Below are positions 1-8,886 of a stretch of DNA of 64,000 bases, one piece after another. Each line of letters opens with the position of its first letter. Positions within the stretch are counted from its first letter, which is position 1. A model generated the notes under the pieces. The model was not told the origin of the DNA. It did not search any database and saw only the letters and a list, made by a program, of their open reading frames with translations. Position numbers and translations under genes: made by a program. The stretch covers positions 124,001 to 188,000 of the IMG/VR virus record IMGVR_UViG_3300004151_000006, one strand, 5' to 3'.

Positions 1-275
1 ATGTATACCCACAATGCACCATGCTTACAGAAGAAAGGTATCCACCATCCAGCATTGAGATTACCCTCTATCATCACAATAGATTGATAACATTGCATGA
101 TAGAGAGAAACATTACACTGACCACCATAAAGTGCATATACTTATTATTCTCTTTATTTTGAGTCTTAAATTTAGTAGAGATCCAAATAGATATTCCGAC
201 ACAAAAAACTGATGATGCTAAGAGATAAAAATATCCAATCTTAATCAGATTGACTTCCATTGATGTGAATTGCAT
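1..275 (-). CDS. Multi-pass membrane protein (partial, runs off window start); holin candidate
   Basis: Not in the ORF track. GGGAGG RBS then ATG at 275; the open frame MQFTSMEVNLIKIGYFYLLASSVFCVGISIWIST...MHFMVVSVMFLSIMQCY...GWWIPFF has 2-3 hydrophobic segments. Divergent from the endolysin. Confidence 0.6.
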   Translation of the reverse strand, partial: MQFTSMEVNLIKIGYFYLLASSVFCVGISIWISTKFKTQNKENNKYMHFMVVSVMFLSIMQCYQSIVMIEGNLNAGWWIPFFCKHGALWVY

Positions 276-310
276 TACACCTCCCATGTGAAACACATTC
301 TTGCCCCAAC

Positions 311-343
311 TCATAAGATATTTTTTAAAGACCTATCGTATGA
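311..343. promoter_or_regulatory. Back-to-back putative late promoters (membrane protein / endolysin)
   Basis: ATCTTATGA on - (311-319) and ATCGTATGA on + (335-343); phiKZ late promoters carry TATG at the start site. Confidence 0.5.
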
Positions 344-371
344 GTAAATATTTTAAGGAGGGATATATCCC

Positions 372-1118
372 ATGACTACAAATTTTCAAGCTGCTAAAGC
401 AGAATTGGGTGATATTGAGGGATTCTATTCTAATGATTCAAAAGATAGGGGTGGTGAAACTCTTTATGGTTGGGCAAGAAATTATCATCCTGAGATTGAA
501 TTTTGGTCTAAACTTGACCAATATAAAAAACAGTATGGTGGTTGGAATGATAAGTGTGCTGCTGCAGTAAAGGCTGATCCATATTTTAAAGAAGTATCTG
601 ATAGAGAATATAAGAAGCAATATTGGGATTTCTTTGATGGTGATAATATACCCTATTCATTATCCCTTGAAATTTTTGAGGTTTGTGTCAATCTTGGCGT
701 TGGTGGAGGAGTGAGATTGCTTCAAGCCGTGCTCAATGGTCACAATTATGAAAATAAATTTGGTATTGATTTGAAGATGCCTTATGATGGGGTGTTTGGT
801 GATAATACACGAAAAATGTTCAAAGCTATGTTAGCTGCTGGGTATGCTGAATCTATTCAATATGGGATAAATGCTGAGCAGGGACATTATTATCGGACAA
901 GGACTGAAGAAAATATAGATAAACGAAAGTATTATCGGGGTTGGTTACGTACTCGGTGTAAAGCATCTTTTAAACAAAATCCTGGAGACATTGTTGTAAC
1001 AAATACTGCACCTGTGATAGTTGAATCTAATTCAACCAATCTATTTACAGAAGATGATATTAATAATATTAAGATGTTGACTGAAACGTTACAATCAATC
1101 TTAAAGAAAGTGATGTAA
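372..1118 (+). CDS. Endolysin, glycoside hydrolase family 108
   Basis: IEGFYSNDSKDRGGETLYG GH108 signature; YKKQYWD and VNLGVG motifs; DGVFGDNT and YYRGWLRTR resemble a peptidoglycan-binding domain; AAGGAGG RBS. Confidence 0.85.
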   Translation: MTTNFQAAKAELGDIEGFYSNDSKDRGGETLYGWARNYHPEIEFWSKLDQYKKQYGGWNDKCAAAVKADPYFKEVSDREYKKQYWDFFDGDNIPYSLSLEIFEVCVNLGVGGGVRLLQAVLNGHNYENKFGIDLKMPYDGVFGDNTRKMFKAMLAAGYAESIQYGINAEQGHYYRTRTEENIDKRKYYRGWLRTRCKASFKQNPGDIVVTNTAPVIVESNSTNLFTEDDINNIKMLTETLQSILKKVM

Positions 1119-1190
1119 ATTTTATTATAGTAGTGAAATTATAGTTGTTATCTTGATAAAGTTAGCTATTAAATTGTAAATGACAATATC

Positions 1191-1223
1191 ATAGCTCTGG
1201 GTGCACAGTGCACCCAGAGCTAT
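1191..1223. terminator. Perfect palindrome after the endolysin
   Basis: ATAGCTCTGGGTGCAC-A-GTGCACCCAGAGCTAT. Confidence 0.6.
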
Positions 1224-1238
1224 ATTCATCAATATTTT

Positions 1239-1251
1239 AAACATATATTAC
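1239..1251 (+). promoter_or_regulatory. Putative early promoter
   Basis: AAACATATATTAC, containing the phiKZ early motif TATATTAC. Confidence 0.65.
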
Positions 1252-1270
1252 ACAATAAGGAGGATAATAA

Positions 1271-1810
1271 ATGATCAAATATAAACACGGTGACATAGTT
1301 GAAGCACTGATTAAAACTACAGATATAGATGTATGTTTTCACCAAGCAAATTGTTTCTGCAATCTTGGAGCGGGCATAGCTAAACAATTAGCAGCTGTAT
1401 TTCCAGCATTGGTGGATGTAGATGATACTACTTCTGTAGGTGATAAAAATAAATTAGGTACATTTACGTATGCTGAATTTTATCAATCACATCAATTTAG
1501 AATCTACAATTTATATGGTCAATGGGCATTTAGATATGGTCTTATCTATAAATGGATAGATGGAGTAAAACATCAATTTACAATACCTGAAGAATATGAT
1601 GAAAATGGTCTTAAGCCCATGACTTCACTCCCGCATCTAAGACAGGCTATCGAAGGTATGATCAATCATGTCTGTGGTGTCAAACATGACTTAAGATTTG
1701 CTACAGTGAAGATTGGTGCTGGTCGTGGTGGTGCTGATTGGAATAGTCAAGTATATCCCATGCTAGAGGAATTGTTTGATGGTTTGGATTTGACAGTATA
1801 TAGATTTTAA
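1271..1810 (+). CDS. Macrodomain (ADP-ribose binding/hydrolase) protein
   Basis: GDI, HQANC..LGAGIAKQL, YNLYGQ and KIGAGRGGADW macrodomain motifs. Confidence 0.85.
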   Translation: MIKYKHGDIVEALIKTTDIDVCFHQANCFCNLGAGIAKQLAAVFPALVDVDDTTSVGDKNKLGTFTYAEFYQSHQFRIYNLYGQWAFRYGLIYKWIDGVKHQFTIPEEYDENGLKPMTSLPHLRQAIEGMINHVCGVKHDLRFATVKIGAGRGGADWNSQVYPMLEELFDGLDLTVYRF

Positions 1811-1861
1811 ATCAAGTATAAAGGAGAGCCTACTTATGAAGATTTTCATTGAGATTTTAAA

Positions 1862-2047
1862 ATGAAGAAAGATTATTTTTATTATAAACAGTTAGGATAT
1901 TGCACACAAGAACATTATTTCATGCGAGAATTGTTAATTATCAAAAATAAAGAATTTGAAAAATCACTGATATTTAATTTAATTGTATTGGGTTTAATAA
2001 TAATACTGATATGGTGTACAATTGATCTATTTATTTTAAAAAATTAA
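1862..2047 (+). CDS. Small membrane protein
   Basis: C-terminal hydrophobic helix LIFNLIVLGLIIILIWCTI. Confidence 0.4.
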   Translation: MKKDYFYYKQLGYCTQEHYFMRELLIIKNKEFEKSLIFNLIVLGLIIILIWCTIDLFILKN

Positions 2048-2149
2048 TAGTTTATCGGTTTTAAATCAACCATAAGAGGGAAAGTTAATAAAGGTGATCT
2101 ATAATAATTTAAGATTTTCATTGTGGAAATCCTGAATTGATCTAATGTA

Positions 2150-2184
2150 CCTATGATATGGGGGTTACACCCCCATATCATAGG
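2150..2184. terminator. Perfect hairpin overlapping the lipoprotein RBS
   Basis: CCTATGATATGGGGG-TTACA-CCCCCATATCATAGG. Confidence 0.55.
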
Positions 2185-2192
2185 AGGTCCAC

Positions 2193-2345
2193 ATGCGTTA
2201 TCTTCTTTTCATGTTGTTGGCCATGTTGATTAGCTGTCAAAAAGTCTCTATAGGTAAATTTGATTTGAAGTATGGTACTGGATCAGATACTTGGGAAAGT
2301 AATGAACGTGGAGATAGAGTCAAAAGACAAGATCATTGGCACTGA
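2193..2345 (+). CDS. Small lipoprotein (50 aa)
   Basis: Not in the ORF track. AGGAGG RBS; MRYLLFMLLAMLIS-CQKVSIGKFDLKYGTGSDTWESNERGDRVKRQDHWH with lipobox-like LISC. Confidence 0.6.
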   Translation: MRYLLFMLLAMLISCQKVSIGKFDLKYGTGSDTWESNERGDRVKRQDHWH

Positions 2346-2360
2346 TATTCATTTTATCTA

Positions 2361-2373
2361 GAATATATATTAT
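2361..2373 (+). promoter_or_regulatory. Putative early promoter
   Basis: GAATATATATTAT. Confidence 0.55.
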
Positions 2374-2416
2374 TCTTTCGAGAACTCAAGAATGTGATCC
2401 ACCACTATGATGTGAC

Positions 2417-2677
2417 TTGGGTAACCCTGTAACACCAATCGACATCAATGGAGTATTTGATATGTTTAAAAGTAAATTCTCTACTGGTCTTTATAATAAA
2501 ATAAATACAGTATATTTTTGGAGAAAGTGTCAAGTGTTGGGTTATGGAAAACCCATTCCTGCACGATTTTTAATGGTCCATGCTTCCATTGAAAATCCAC
2601 ATGTAATGGCTTATGTGGAATGGGAAGATGGGTCTGTCATGGAGTATCAGTTTGATCAAATCAAATTTGATAAATAG
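2417..2677 (+). CDS. Hypothetical protein
   Basis: ORF downstream of an early-promoter motif; start uncertain. Confidence 0.45.
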   Translation: MGNPVTPIDINGVFDMFKSKFSTGLYNKINTVYFWRKCQVLGYGKPIPARFLMVHASIENPHVMAYVEWEDGSVMEYQFDQIKFDK

Positions 2678-2712
2678 TTGTAACATTTAACAGTATTGGG
2701 GAGGGCAATTCC

Positions 2713-2991
2713 ATGAATAAACTTAAGTCTAATACCATTACCATAGATACTTCCAATTATAATCAGTTCAATCAGCTGTATTTTCATCATCCGGTAGAAG
2801 TACATTACACTGAAGTGATAATGGATACATCAAAGGGATATCCTGAACCAAAAAGTGTGCCCACTAGTGTAGTTAAAAAAGGAAAGATTCTTTATACCAC
2901 CAATGGTATTTGTGTCACAGTGCTTCTTGACAGTGGTGATATTGAAAACGTGTATAACAGTAACCTCAAATTACTCCCCAAGGAGGAATAG
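2713..2991 (+). CDS. Hypothetical protein
   Basis: GGGAGGG RBS; tightly coupled to the next gene. Confidence 0.6.
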   Translation: MNKLKSNTITIDTSNYNQFNQLYFHHPVEVHYTEVIMDTSKGYPEPKSVPTSVVKKGKILYTTNGICVTVLLDSGDIENVYNSNLKLLPKEE

Positions 2992-2993
2992 CC

Positions 2994-3383
2994 ATGCGCT
3001 ACATCTTTATGATCATCCTCATGCTGTGTACCACACAGCTGTATGCCCAGACCAGGACCCAGTCTGTGCAAGGCAAAGTGGTTCCCAACTTTAGCAACAA
3101 TTCTGTGGACATCTATACTCGTAGTGGCCAAAAGCAGACCGTCCCTCTCTATGGGGTGACTGTGGATCCCAAGAAGGCTGCTGCCGCTAACAAGACCTTC
3201 ATCGATAAACACAAGTCCCAGGACTATTCTAATGTCCGTATGTACACGGACAAATACGGCCAAAGCCGTGTTGAAGTAAATGGTCAAGATATTGGCCGTT
3301 CATTAACTTCAAAAAAATATGCTGTCCCCGATAGCCAATGTATTTCCAATCCCGGAAATCCATACTGTGCCAGATTGAAATAA
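2994..3383 (+). CDS. Secreted protein with degenerate thermonuclease (SNase)-like fold
   Basis: Signal peptide MRYIFMIILMLCTTQLYA; VPLYGV, TDKYGQ and VNGQDIGRSL..KKYAV echo SNase motifs VRLYGID/DRYGR/G.NVN..LV..G.A, but catalytic residues look absent. Confidence 0.5.
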   Translation: MRYIFMIILMLCTTQLYAQTRTQSVQGKVVPNFSNNSVDIYTRSGQKQTVPLYGVTVDPKKAAAANKTFIDKHKSQDYSNVRMYTDKYGQSRVEVNGQDIGRSLTSKKYAVPDSQCISNPGNPYCARLK

Positions 3384-3394
3384 TATTGATATAT

Positions 3395-3426
3395 GAGACA
3401 GTGGTACCAACAGGTACCACTGTCTC
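3395..3426. terminator. Perfect hairpin
   Basis: GAGACAGTGGTACC-AACA-GGTACCACTGTCTC. Confidence 0.55.
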
Positions 3427-3440
3427 TAAGGAGAATAAAT

Positions 3441-3638
3441 ATGATACACAGAAATGTTATTTGGTATCTGATTTATCTTTTTATATTGTTTGGGTGTTTC
3501 TTTGGTATAGCTTATAATACACAGATTGAACTTATTGGTGGTTCTGGAGTATTCTTAATTATCGGTGTTGGATTTTGTAGTCTTGAAATAGTGTCAGTAA
3601 TCATAAATTATATTTACAAGAAATTCAACCATGATTAA
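3441..3638 (+). CDS. Small two-TM membrane protein
   Basis: AAGGAG RBS before ATG 3441; two hydrophobic helices. Confidence 0.55.
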   Translation: MIHRNVIWYLIYLFILFGCFFGIAYNTQIELIGGSGVFLIIGVGFCSLEIVSVIINYIYKKFNHD

Positions 3639-4104
3639 ACTTAAATTTCCTTTGAGAGATCCAGTTTTAAGAGTCAATCCACAATATAATTACGTCTCAT
3701 ACAATATGGCAGATGCAATATTGTGTGATAATGATTTATTCAAAAGGAGTGTTGATATGGATGACTTCACATCAGAATATTCTATTGGATACTGGAAACA
3801 GTTTAAAGATGAAGATGTTGATTTACCTTGGCCAACAATAAATCCTGAATTGACAGATGAAATTAGAATGGATTATTTACGTTTACTTGATTTAGCTGAA
3901 AAAGATAAAGCTACTGCACATGAAAATTACAGAGGATGGTCTATGTGTCGATTGTGTAGAAAAGCGAATGGGATTGGTGAATTTGAAATGGTGATAGATG
4001 GTGTGTTGTATACCTGGCCTGATGGTTATCGACACTATATTGAAGATCATAAATGTGATATTGACTATAAATTTTATGAAGTGTTAAAAAAGAAATTTAG
4101 TTGA
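3631..4104 (+). CDS. Hypothetical protein with CxxC/His motif
   Basis: YRGWSMCRLC...YTWPDGYRHYIEDH; start overlaps the upstream stop. Confidence 0.65.
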   Translation: MIKLKFPLRDPVLRVNPQYNYVSYNMADAILCDNDLFKRSVDMDDFTSEYSIGYWKQFKDEDVDLPWPTINPELTDEIRMDYLRLLDLAEKDKATAHENYRGWSMCRLCRKANGIGEFEMVIDGVLYTWPDGYRHYIEDHKCDIDYKFYEVLKKKFS

Positions 4105-4109
4105 TTATC

Positions 4110-4141
4110 TAGCTAGGGTAGCCCATGGGCTACCCTAGCTA
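4110..4141. terminator. Loopless palindrome between convergent genes
   Basis: TAGCTAGGGTAGCCCATGGGCTACCCTAGCTA. Confidence 0.65.
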
Positions 4142-4687
4142 TCACTGATATGGGTGTGTATATTTTTTTCTATAGTCCCACCGATCTTTATATTTTTTAG
4201 CCACCTCTTCACTATAAATGAATATCACATTTTCACTATTTCGAGTACGTGCAGCGAATGACATATTGTAACTTCCAGTGAGTACTATTTTTTCATCGAA
4301 TATCATTACCTTATCGTGGGCTATAACGTACTTCGTATCTGAATATGTGGGGATACCCGCATGTTGTACTTCATCTGCCTGGGTACGATAGTGATCAGTT
4401 TGCCCGCCATCAATAATGAGTTGTACGTTCACACCACGTTTATGTGCCCGAATAAGTGCATTAGCTATATCTCTATCTGTAAATGAATATACTAATATAT
4501 AAATGGAAGTGTTGCTTTCATCAATGCGTTTAAGGATTTGTGTTATTACATCATCTTCTGGACTAAAATAAATCCACATTGGTGCAGTGATTATCTCACC
4601 ATGACTATATACTGGTGATACACACAACATCAATAACCACACACATATAATAAAGAGATTGAACAATATTCGTTCCATAAGTTTCAT
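4142..4687 (-). CDS. Phospholipase D-family (Nuc-like) endonuclease with N-terminal signal/TM segment
   Basis: Single HKD motif HDKVMIFDEKIVLTGSYN...NSEN; IYFSP; YSFT; GGAGG RBS before MKLMERILF; hydrophobic leader. Confidence 0.85.
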   Translation of the reverse strand: MKLMERILFNLFIICVWLLMLCVSPVYSHGEIITAPMWIYFSPEDDVITQILKRIDESNTSIYILVYSFTDRDIANALIRAHKRGVNVQLIIDGGQTDHYRTQADEVQHAGIPTYSDTKYVIAHDKVMIFDEKIVLTGSYNMSFAARTRNSENVIFIYSEEVAKKYKDRWDYRKKYTHPYQ

Positions 4688-4766
4688 TCTGTCCTCCAAA
4701 TTATATGTTAAAAGAATAACTCCACCCATACATATAGTCTTTAACATTTAAAAAGGAGTATCCATC

Positions 4767-5075
4767 ATGAATATGATCATGGTCAAGTTGGTCAATGGGC
4801 AGATCTGCATTGGGTCTCATGATGAATTGGAGAAATGTATCGTAGCTCCAGCTGAAGTCATGGGTACACCTACACAATCAGGCTATGTTTTTGGCATTGT
4901 TTTGATGGGCTTTCCCTTTGAACAAGAGATCAATCGTGAAGCAAAGATCCCAATGGATAAAGTCATCTATCAATATAAAGAAGTCCCAAAGGGATTGTCT
5001 GATCAGTATACAGAAAAACTCACAGGTATCAAGTTAGCAAATCCGAACCAAATTCTTAGTCTTGTAAAGAAATGA
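4767..5075 (+). CDS. Hypothetical protein (possible Sm-like fold)
   Basis: AAGGAG RBS; N-terminal MVKLVNGQICIG pattern. Confidence 0.55.
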   Translation: MNMIMVKLVNGQICIGSHDELEKCIVAPAEVMGTPTQSGYVFGIVLMGFPFEQEINREAKIPMDKVIYQYKEVPKGLSDQYTEKLTGIKLANPNQILSLVKK

Positions 5076-5100
5076 GTTGGGGTGTATTCCATTAAGTTTT

Positions 5101-5113
5101 AAATATATATTAC
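5101..5113 (+). promoter_or_regulatory. Putative early promoter
   Basis: AAATATATATTAC. Confidence 0.7.
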
Positions 5114-5180
5114 TAATATGATCTTGTATTTGAAATCGTTCTTAACCTTTTCTAACCTTTAACCTAAAGGAGTATTCCGC

Positions 5181-5666
5181 ATGGAATTTACTTGCAATGA
5201 TCCGATCCGTGGTGACAAGATCGCCCAGCTCAGTGAGCGACTGGCCCTTGTACTCTACAAGCAGGAAGACGATGCCTATTTCCTCATTTCCGGCATCGTG
5301 ATCGGCAAGGCTGTCCAGCTTCGCTATGATGATGGGCCCGATGGCCATAATCGCATGTCGGTTAGTGTGGAGGATGATTCGATCATCCTCCATCGGTCCT
5401 CTGTCGAGTTTGAGGAATGTCGGCCCAATGTGAAAGGGGATAAGCGTCTGGCCAATATCCCCAAGCTGCTGCAGGGTACCACTGTCTGTGATCTCTTCGA
5501 TGAGGTCGATCAGGCCGTGGCGGAATATGTTCCTTTGATCAAAAACTCCGTGTGTTATAACAACAGCCAGGCATATCCTTACCTTCGGCCCATGGGCTTT
5601 CGTCCGGATTATTCCCAGCAAATGGGCGGTGGTGGTTTTCAGCATCGGCCCACCAGGCGCGGATAG
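5181..5666 (+). CDS. GC-rich early hypothetical protein
   Basis: Early promoter at 5101, AAGGAG RBS, hairpin at 5689; C/G-ending codons. Confidence 0.7.
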   Translation: MEFTCNDPIRGDKIAQLSERLALVLYKQEDDAYFLISGIVIGKAVQLRYDDGPDGHNRMSVSVEDDSIILHRSSVEFEECRPNVKGDKRLANIPKLLQGTTVCDLFDEVDQAVAEYVPLIKNSVCYNNSQAYPYLRPMGFRPDYSQQMGGGGFQHRPTRRG

Positions 5667-5688
5667 ACCATCCATTTAGCCTGCATAT

Positions 5689-5721
5689 CTGGAGCACACC
5701 CCATCATGGGGTGTGCTCCAG
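5689..5721. terminator. Palindrome between convergent genes
   Basis: CTGGAGCACACCCCAT-C-ATGGGGTGTGCTCCAG. Confidence 0.65.
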
Positions 5722-5743
5722 TATACGGTATCTATCTTCATTT

Positions 5744-8305
5744 TTATACAATATCTACATGTTCATTGACCATACCTGCTAATACTACATCATCAGTCTT
5801 TAAAGCAATGGTGTCTACATCTGACATGGAATTACTATAAATGGAATTGTGATTAATAATAAACATCTGATTCACCATCTTTCTATCTTGTAGAGATTTG
5901 AGTAATTCAAGTAATGCAATCTGATGTGTTGGATCAAAGCTAGCTCCAATTTCATCTAAGAATAGTGGGTATTGATTGAGCATCTTTTTTTGAAGGAGTA
6001 TAGCTAAGGTAGTGGCTATAGTGACCATTTCAGATTGGCCTTTAGATAATCTAGATATATCAGGTACTCTCACATGTTCTACCATGACTTCAAAAGAAAA
6101 GTCTATTGGTGTATTGGTATCAATAGGTACTAATTTTAGGGGATAACTAAATACCTGTGCAATGAAATAATTGGTGTTGTGTATGATAGTATTGATAAAC
6201 TCTACTAAGTATCTATGAGGTAATCCATTATTTGGAGATAACTCTTTTTCAATACCTTGATATTTGATCTTTTCTTTTTCTATGATAGTGATTTGTTTCA
6301 TTACTTCTTCTTCATATCTAGCATATAGAGTATCTTGCTCTTTAATGAGAATATCGATTTGACGGAGATCTTCATCTATCTTGTTTTTTACAGCATTGCA
6401 AGACTCTATATATTTTTTATAAAAGATAGTAGTTTCGTAAGCTATTTGCTTATTAGCTAAACGATAGAACGTCTCTGACTTTACTTTAATATCATTTTTA
6501 AGTTCAATATATCTTTCATAAGTAGTATTTTTTTCTAGGTATTGTTTTCTTTTCTCATAATTGAGATTTAATGAATAAAGTAAGTTCTTATGAAGTTGTT
6601 CTTTTTCTAAGATAAGTTTTTCTAAGAACTCTTTAGAAGTAGCATGAGCTTTGATGTGAGCATCTATTTCAGTCTCTAAGAGATGTTGTTTTTCTAATAG
6701 CTGATCTCTGTGTCTAATAAGTTTACTGTTTTCAAGAATATGATCTAATATCATCAGTAGATCAGTAGGATTTTTGTTGAGATAATGAAGCAATTTATAC
6801 TTGAGGGTTACACTACTCAGTAGTCCAGTACTGTACCATATATTAGAGATATCATAAGCTAATTTAGTATAGGGTTCTCTATCCTTATATAAATCATAAA
6901 GTTTACTGTGTACTTTAAGATAATGATCAATACTTGTTTGTATGACTTTAAGATCTCTATTGAGAGTGATTTCTTTTTGATCTGCTTGATCTTTCTTATC
7001 TAGATACTTTTCTTTTAAACCACAGTTATTGAAATTACAAACATCTGGTACAAAGAGATTGTATTTATTTTTTTCTTGATTGATCAAATGGAGTTCTTGT
7101 TCTATACCACGTTTCTTATCTTGAAGATATTTGATATGTGTAATTAAATGATTAAGCTTTTTTTCTACCATCAACAATACTTGATTACTCCAAATATTGA
7201 CATGACTATATTTGTTATCTAAAAACTCTAATTTTGGTTTAAGAGTTTCTATATATTTTAAGAATATAGATTCTTGATCTATAGTCAAGACTATCCCAGT
7301 ATTCAGATCTATATTTTTATTGAGTTCATTGATGGTGGACTTGAGAGATATAATTTCACTCTCTATTACTGTAGTGGGTTTCTTATTTTGTTGTTGGATA
7401 TGTGTATTGTATTCATTGATTTCTTTTGTAAGTTGTTCCAATTGTTGTTGATATGTTTGTATTTCATTTTCACAAATATGTAAAGCATTATCATTTTCTC
7501 TATAGTCTTGAAGATATGTTTCTCTATTAATGAAACTGAGTTTAGGAAAATCTATTCTAAGTCTTTTGAGATAGTTCGAAGCATTTTGAATAAAAGTATT
7601 ATCTGAACTATAAGTTCTATCTATTTCATATTCTTGATATATTTGATTGACATGTTCTTGGAGTAAATAGATAGTTTTATCTATGAGATTTTTATCTTTC
7701 TCCAATTGTTCTTTATGTTTTTTAGTTTCTTCTAATACAGTAATATCTAAGAGTCTTGATTCTATTTCTTCTTTACGACGATAAAGATGTGTAAGTGTAT
7801 TTTTATATTCTTTGATTTGAGATAAACACTTTTTATGTAAATTTAAGATGAGTGTAAAGTCAGTTGGACTGATAGTTAGAAATAGATTTTTACGTTCAGA
7901 TTTACCCAATCTACAAAGATCAATTTCCATACGAAGTAATTTATCATCTAAAGATGTGTATCCAAGATATTTTTCAATGAGTTCTTCTTGCACCCCAGTA
8001 GTACCGCTGTGATTGAATTCTACATTATTTAAGACAAAAGAATGTGGTGAAGCTTTATTAGTAAAATCAGATACTAAGATATATTTATCATTTTCATGAG
8101 TAATATGAAGTTCTTTATATCCTTCTTTATTAAAATCGGATCTACTTGGGGGCAATGGAGATAACATTCTAAATAGTGTAGACTTTCCACTACCATTTGT
8201 ACCCACTACTACTGTGGTTGGTGATACGAAATCTATAGTGAGTTCTTTGATGTTAGAAAATTGAAATGGGATATAGTGTTTTAACACTATTGAGTTTAAA
8301 TACAT
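5744..8305 (-). CDS. sbcC: SbcC/Rad50-like SMC ATPase
   Basis: Walker A GTNGSGKST, long coiled coil with central CxxxxC, signature LSKGQ, Walker B LFLDE, H-loop INH. Confidence 0.9.
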   Translation of the reverse strand: MYLNSIVLKHYIPFQFSNIKELTIDFVSPTTVVVGTNGSGKSTLFRMLSPLPPSRSDFNKEGYKELHITHENDKYILVSDFTNKASPHSFVLNNVEFNHSGTTGVQEELIEKYLGYTSLDDKLLRMEIDLCRLGKSERKNLFLTISPTDFTLILNLHKKCLSQIKEYKNTLTHLYRRKEEIESRLLDITVLEETKKHKEQLEKDKNLIDKTIYLLQEHVNQIYQEYEIDRTYSSDNTFIQNASNYLKRLRIDFPKLSFINRETYLQDYRENDNALHICENEIQTYQQQLEQLTKEINEYNTHIQQQNKKPTTVIESEIISLKSTINELNKNIDLNTGIVLTIDQESIFLKYIETLKPKLEFLDNKYSHVNIWSNQVLLMVEKKLNHLITHIKYLQDKKRGIEQELHLINQEKNKYNLFVPDVCNFNNCGLKEKYLDKKDQADQKEITLNRDLKVIQTSIDHYLKVHSKLYDLYKDREPYTKLAYDISNIWYSTGLLSSVTLKYKLLHYLNKNPTDLLMILDHILENSKLIRHRDQLLEKQHLLETEIDAHIKAHATSKEFLEKLILEKEQLHKNLLYSLNLNYEKRKQYLEKNTTYERYIELKNDIKVKSETFYRLANKQIAYETTIFYKKYIESCNAVKNKIDEDLRQIDILIKEQDTLYARYEEEVMKQITIIEKEKIKYQGIEKELSPNNGLPHRYLVEFINTIIHNTNYFIAQVFSYPLKLVPIDTNTPIDFSFEVMVEHVRVPDISRLSKGQSEMVTIATTLAILLQKKMLNQYPLFLDEIGASFDPTHQIALLELLKSLQDRKMVNQMFIINHNSIYSNSMSDVDTIALKTDDVVLAGMVNEHVDIV

Positions 8306-8436
8306 CAGGGAACTCCTTTATATTGATCCATATTATGGAAAGTTTTAGTATAAATAGACAATGTAACTAGATCCTTTTATGTATGGTTAAGATTGACGAT
8401 ACTATAGTCCTATCTACTTCAAAGGAGCATATCGCT

Positions 8437-8766
8437 ATGCGAGCAGATATAACGACCATCTCTCAGACTATCCGTGCAAAGCTGGACCCGCATTTGGCTG
8501 CATTAGCACAGTTAGCACAATCTGAGATTGAGGCTATGCGATTAGCTGATCTCAGTCGTGAAGAAGTATTGCTTAGATTACAAAATTCCATTATTAAAAA
8601 TAACAATATGATATTGAAGACTATGGATATTTTGATAGATTTAAGACCAGATCTTATTGATGTGATGTCTTTAGTATCTGGATTGGAAGCTGCAGTAGAG
8701 AATTATAGTCAACGTATCACTGATATGGAACAGCGTATTTCAATATTAGAACAAACTAGTACTTGA
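8437..8766 (+). CDS. Coiled-coil hypothetical protein
   Basis: AAGGAG RBS before ATG 8437; heptad-like C-terminus. Confidence 0.6.
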   Translation: MRADITTISQTIRAKLDPHLAALAQLAQSEIEAMRLADLSREEVLLRLQNSIIKNNNMILKTMDILIDLRPDLIDVMSLVSGLEAAVENYSQRITDMEQRISILEQTST

Positions 8767-8800
8767 TAGATAGGGATGGGCAAATGCCCATCCCTATCTA
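8767..8800. terminator. Perfect hairpin
   Basis: TAGATAGGGATGGGCA-AA-TGCCCATCCCTATCTA. Confidence 0.6.
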
Positions 8801-8810
8801 CTTTCTTCTG

Positions 8811-8822
8811 ATATATAATTAC
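8811..8822 (+). promoter_or_regulatory. Putative early promoter (variant)
   Basis: ATATATAATTAC. Confidence 0.4.
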
Positions 8823-8886
8823 TTATGATGATAATTACATAGGTACTTCACTTACATACATCCTCCAACTTTATTGGAGCTGGCAT

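Noticed and set aside
21-212. 63-aa plus-strand ORF
   Set aside because: It overlaps a better-supported minus-strand membrane protein ORF with a strong RBS.
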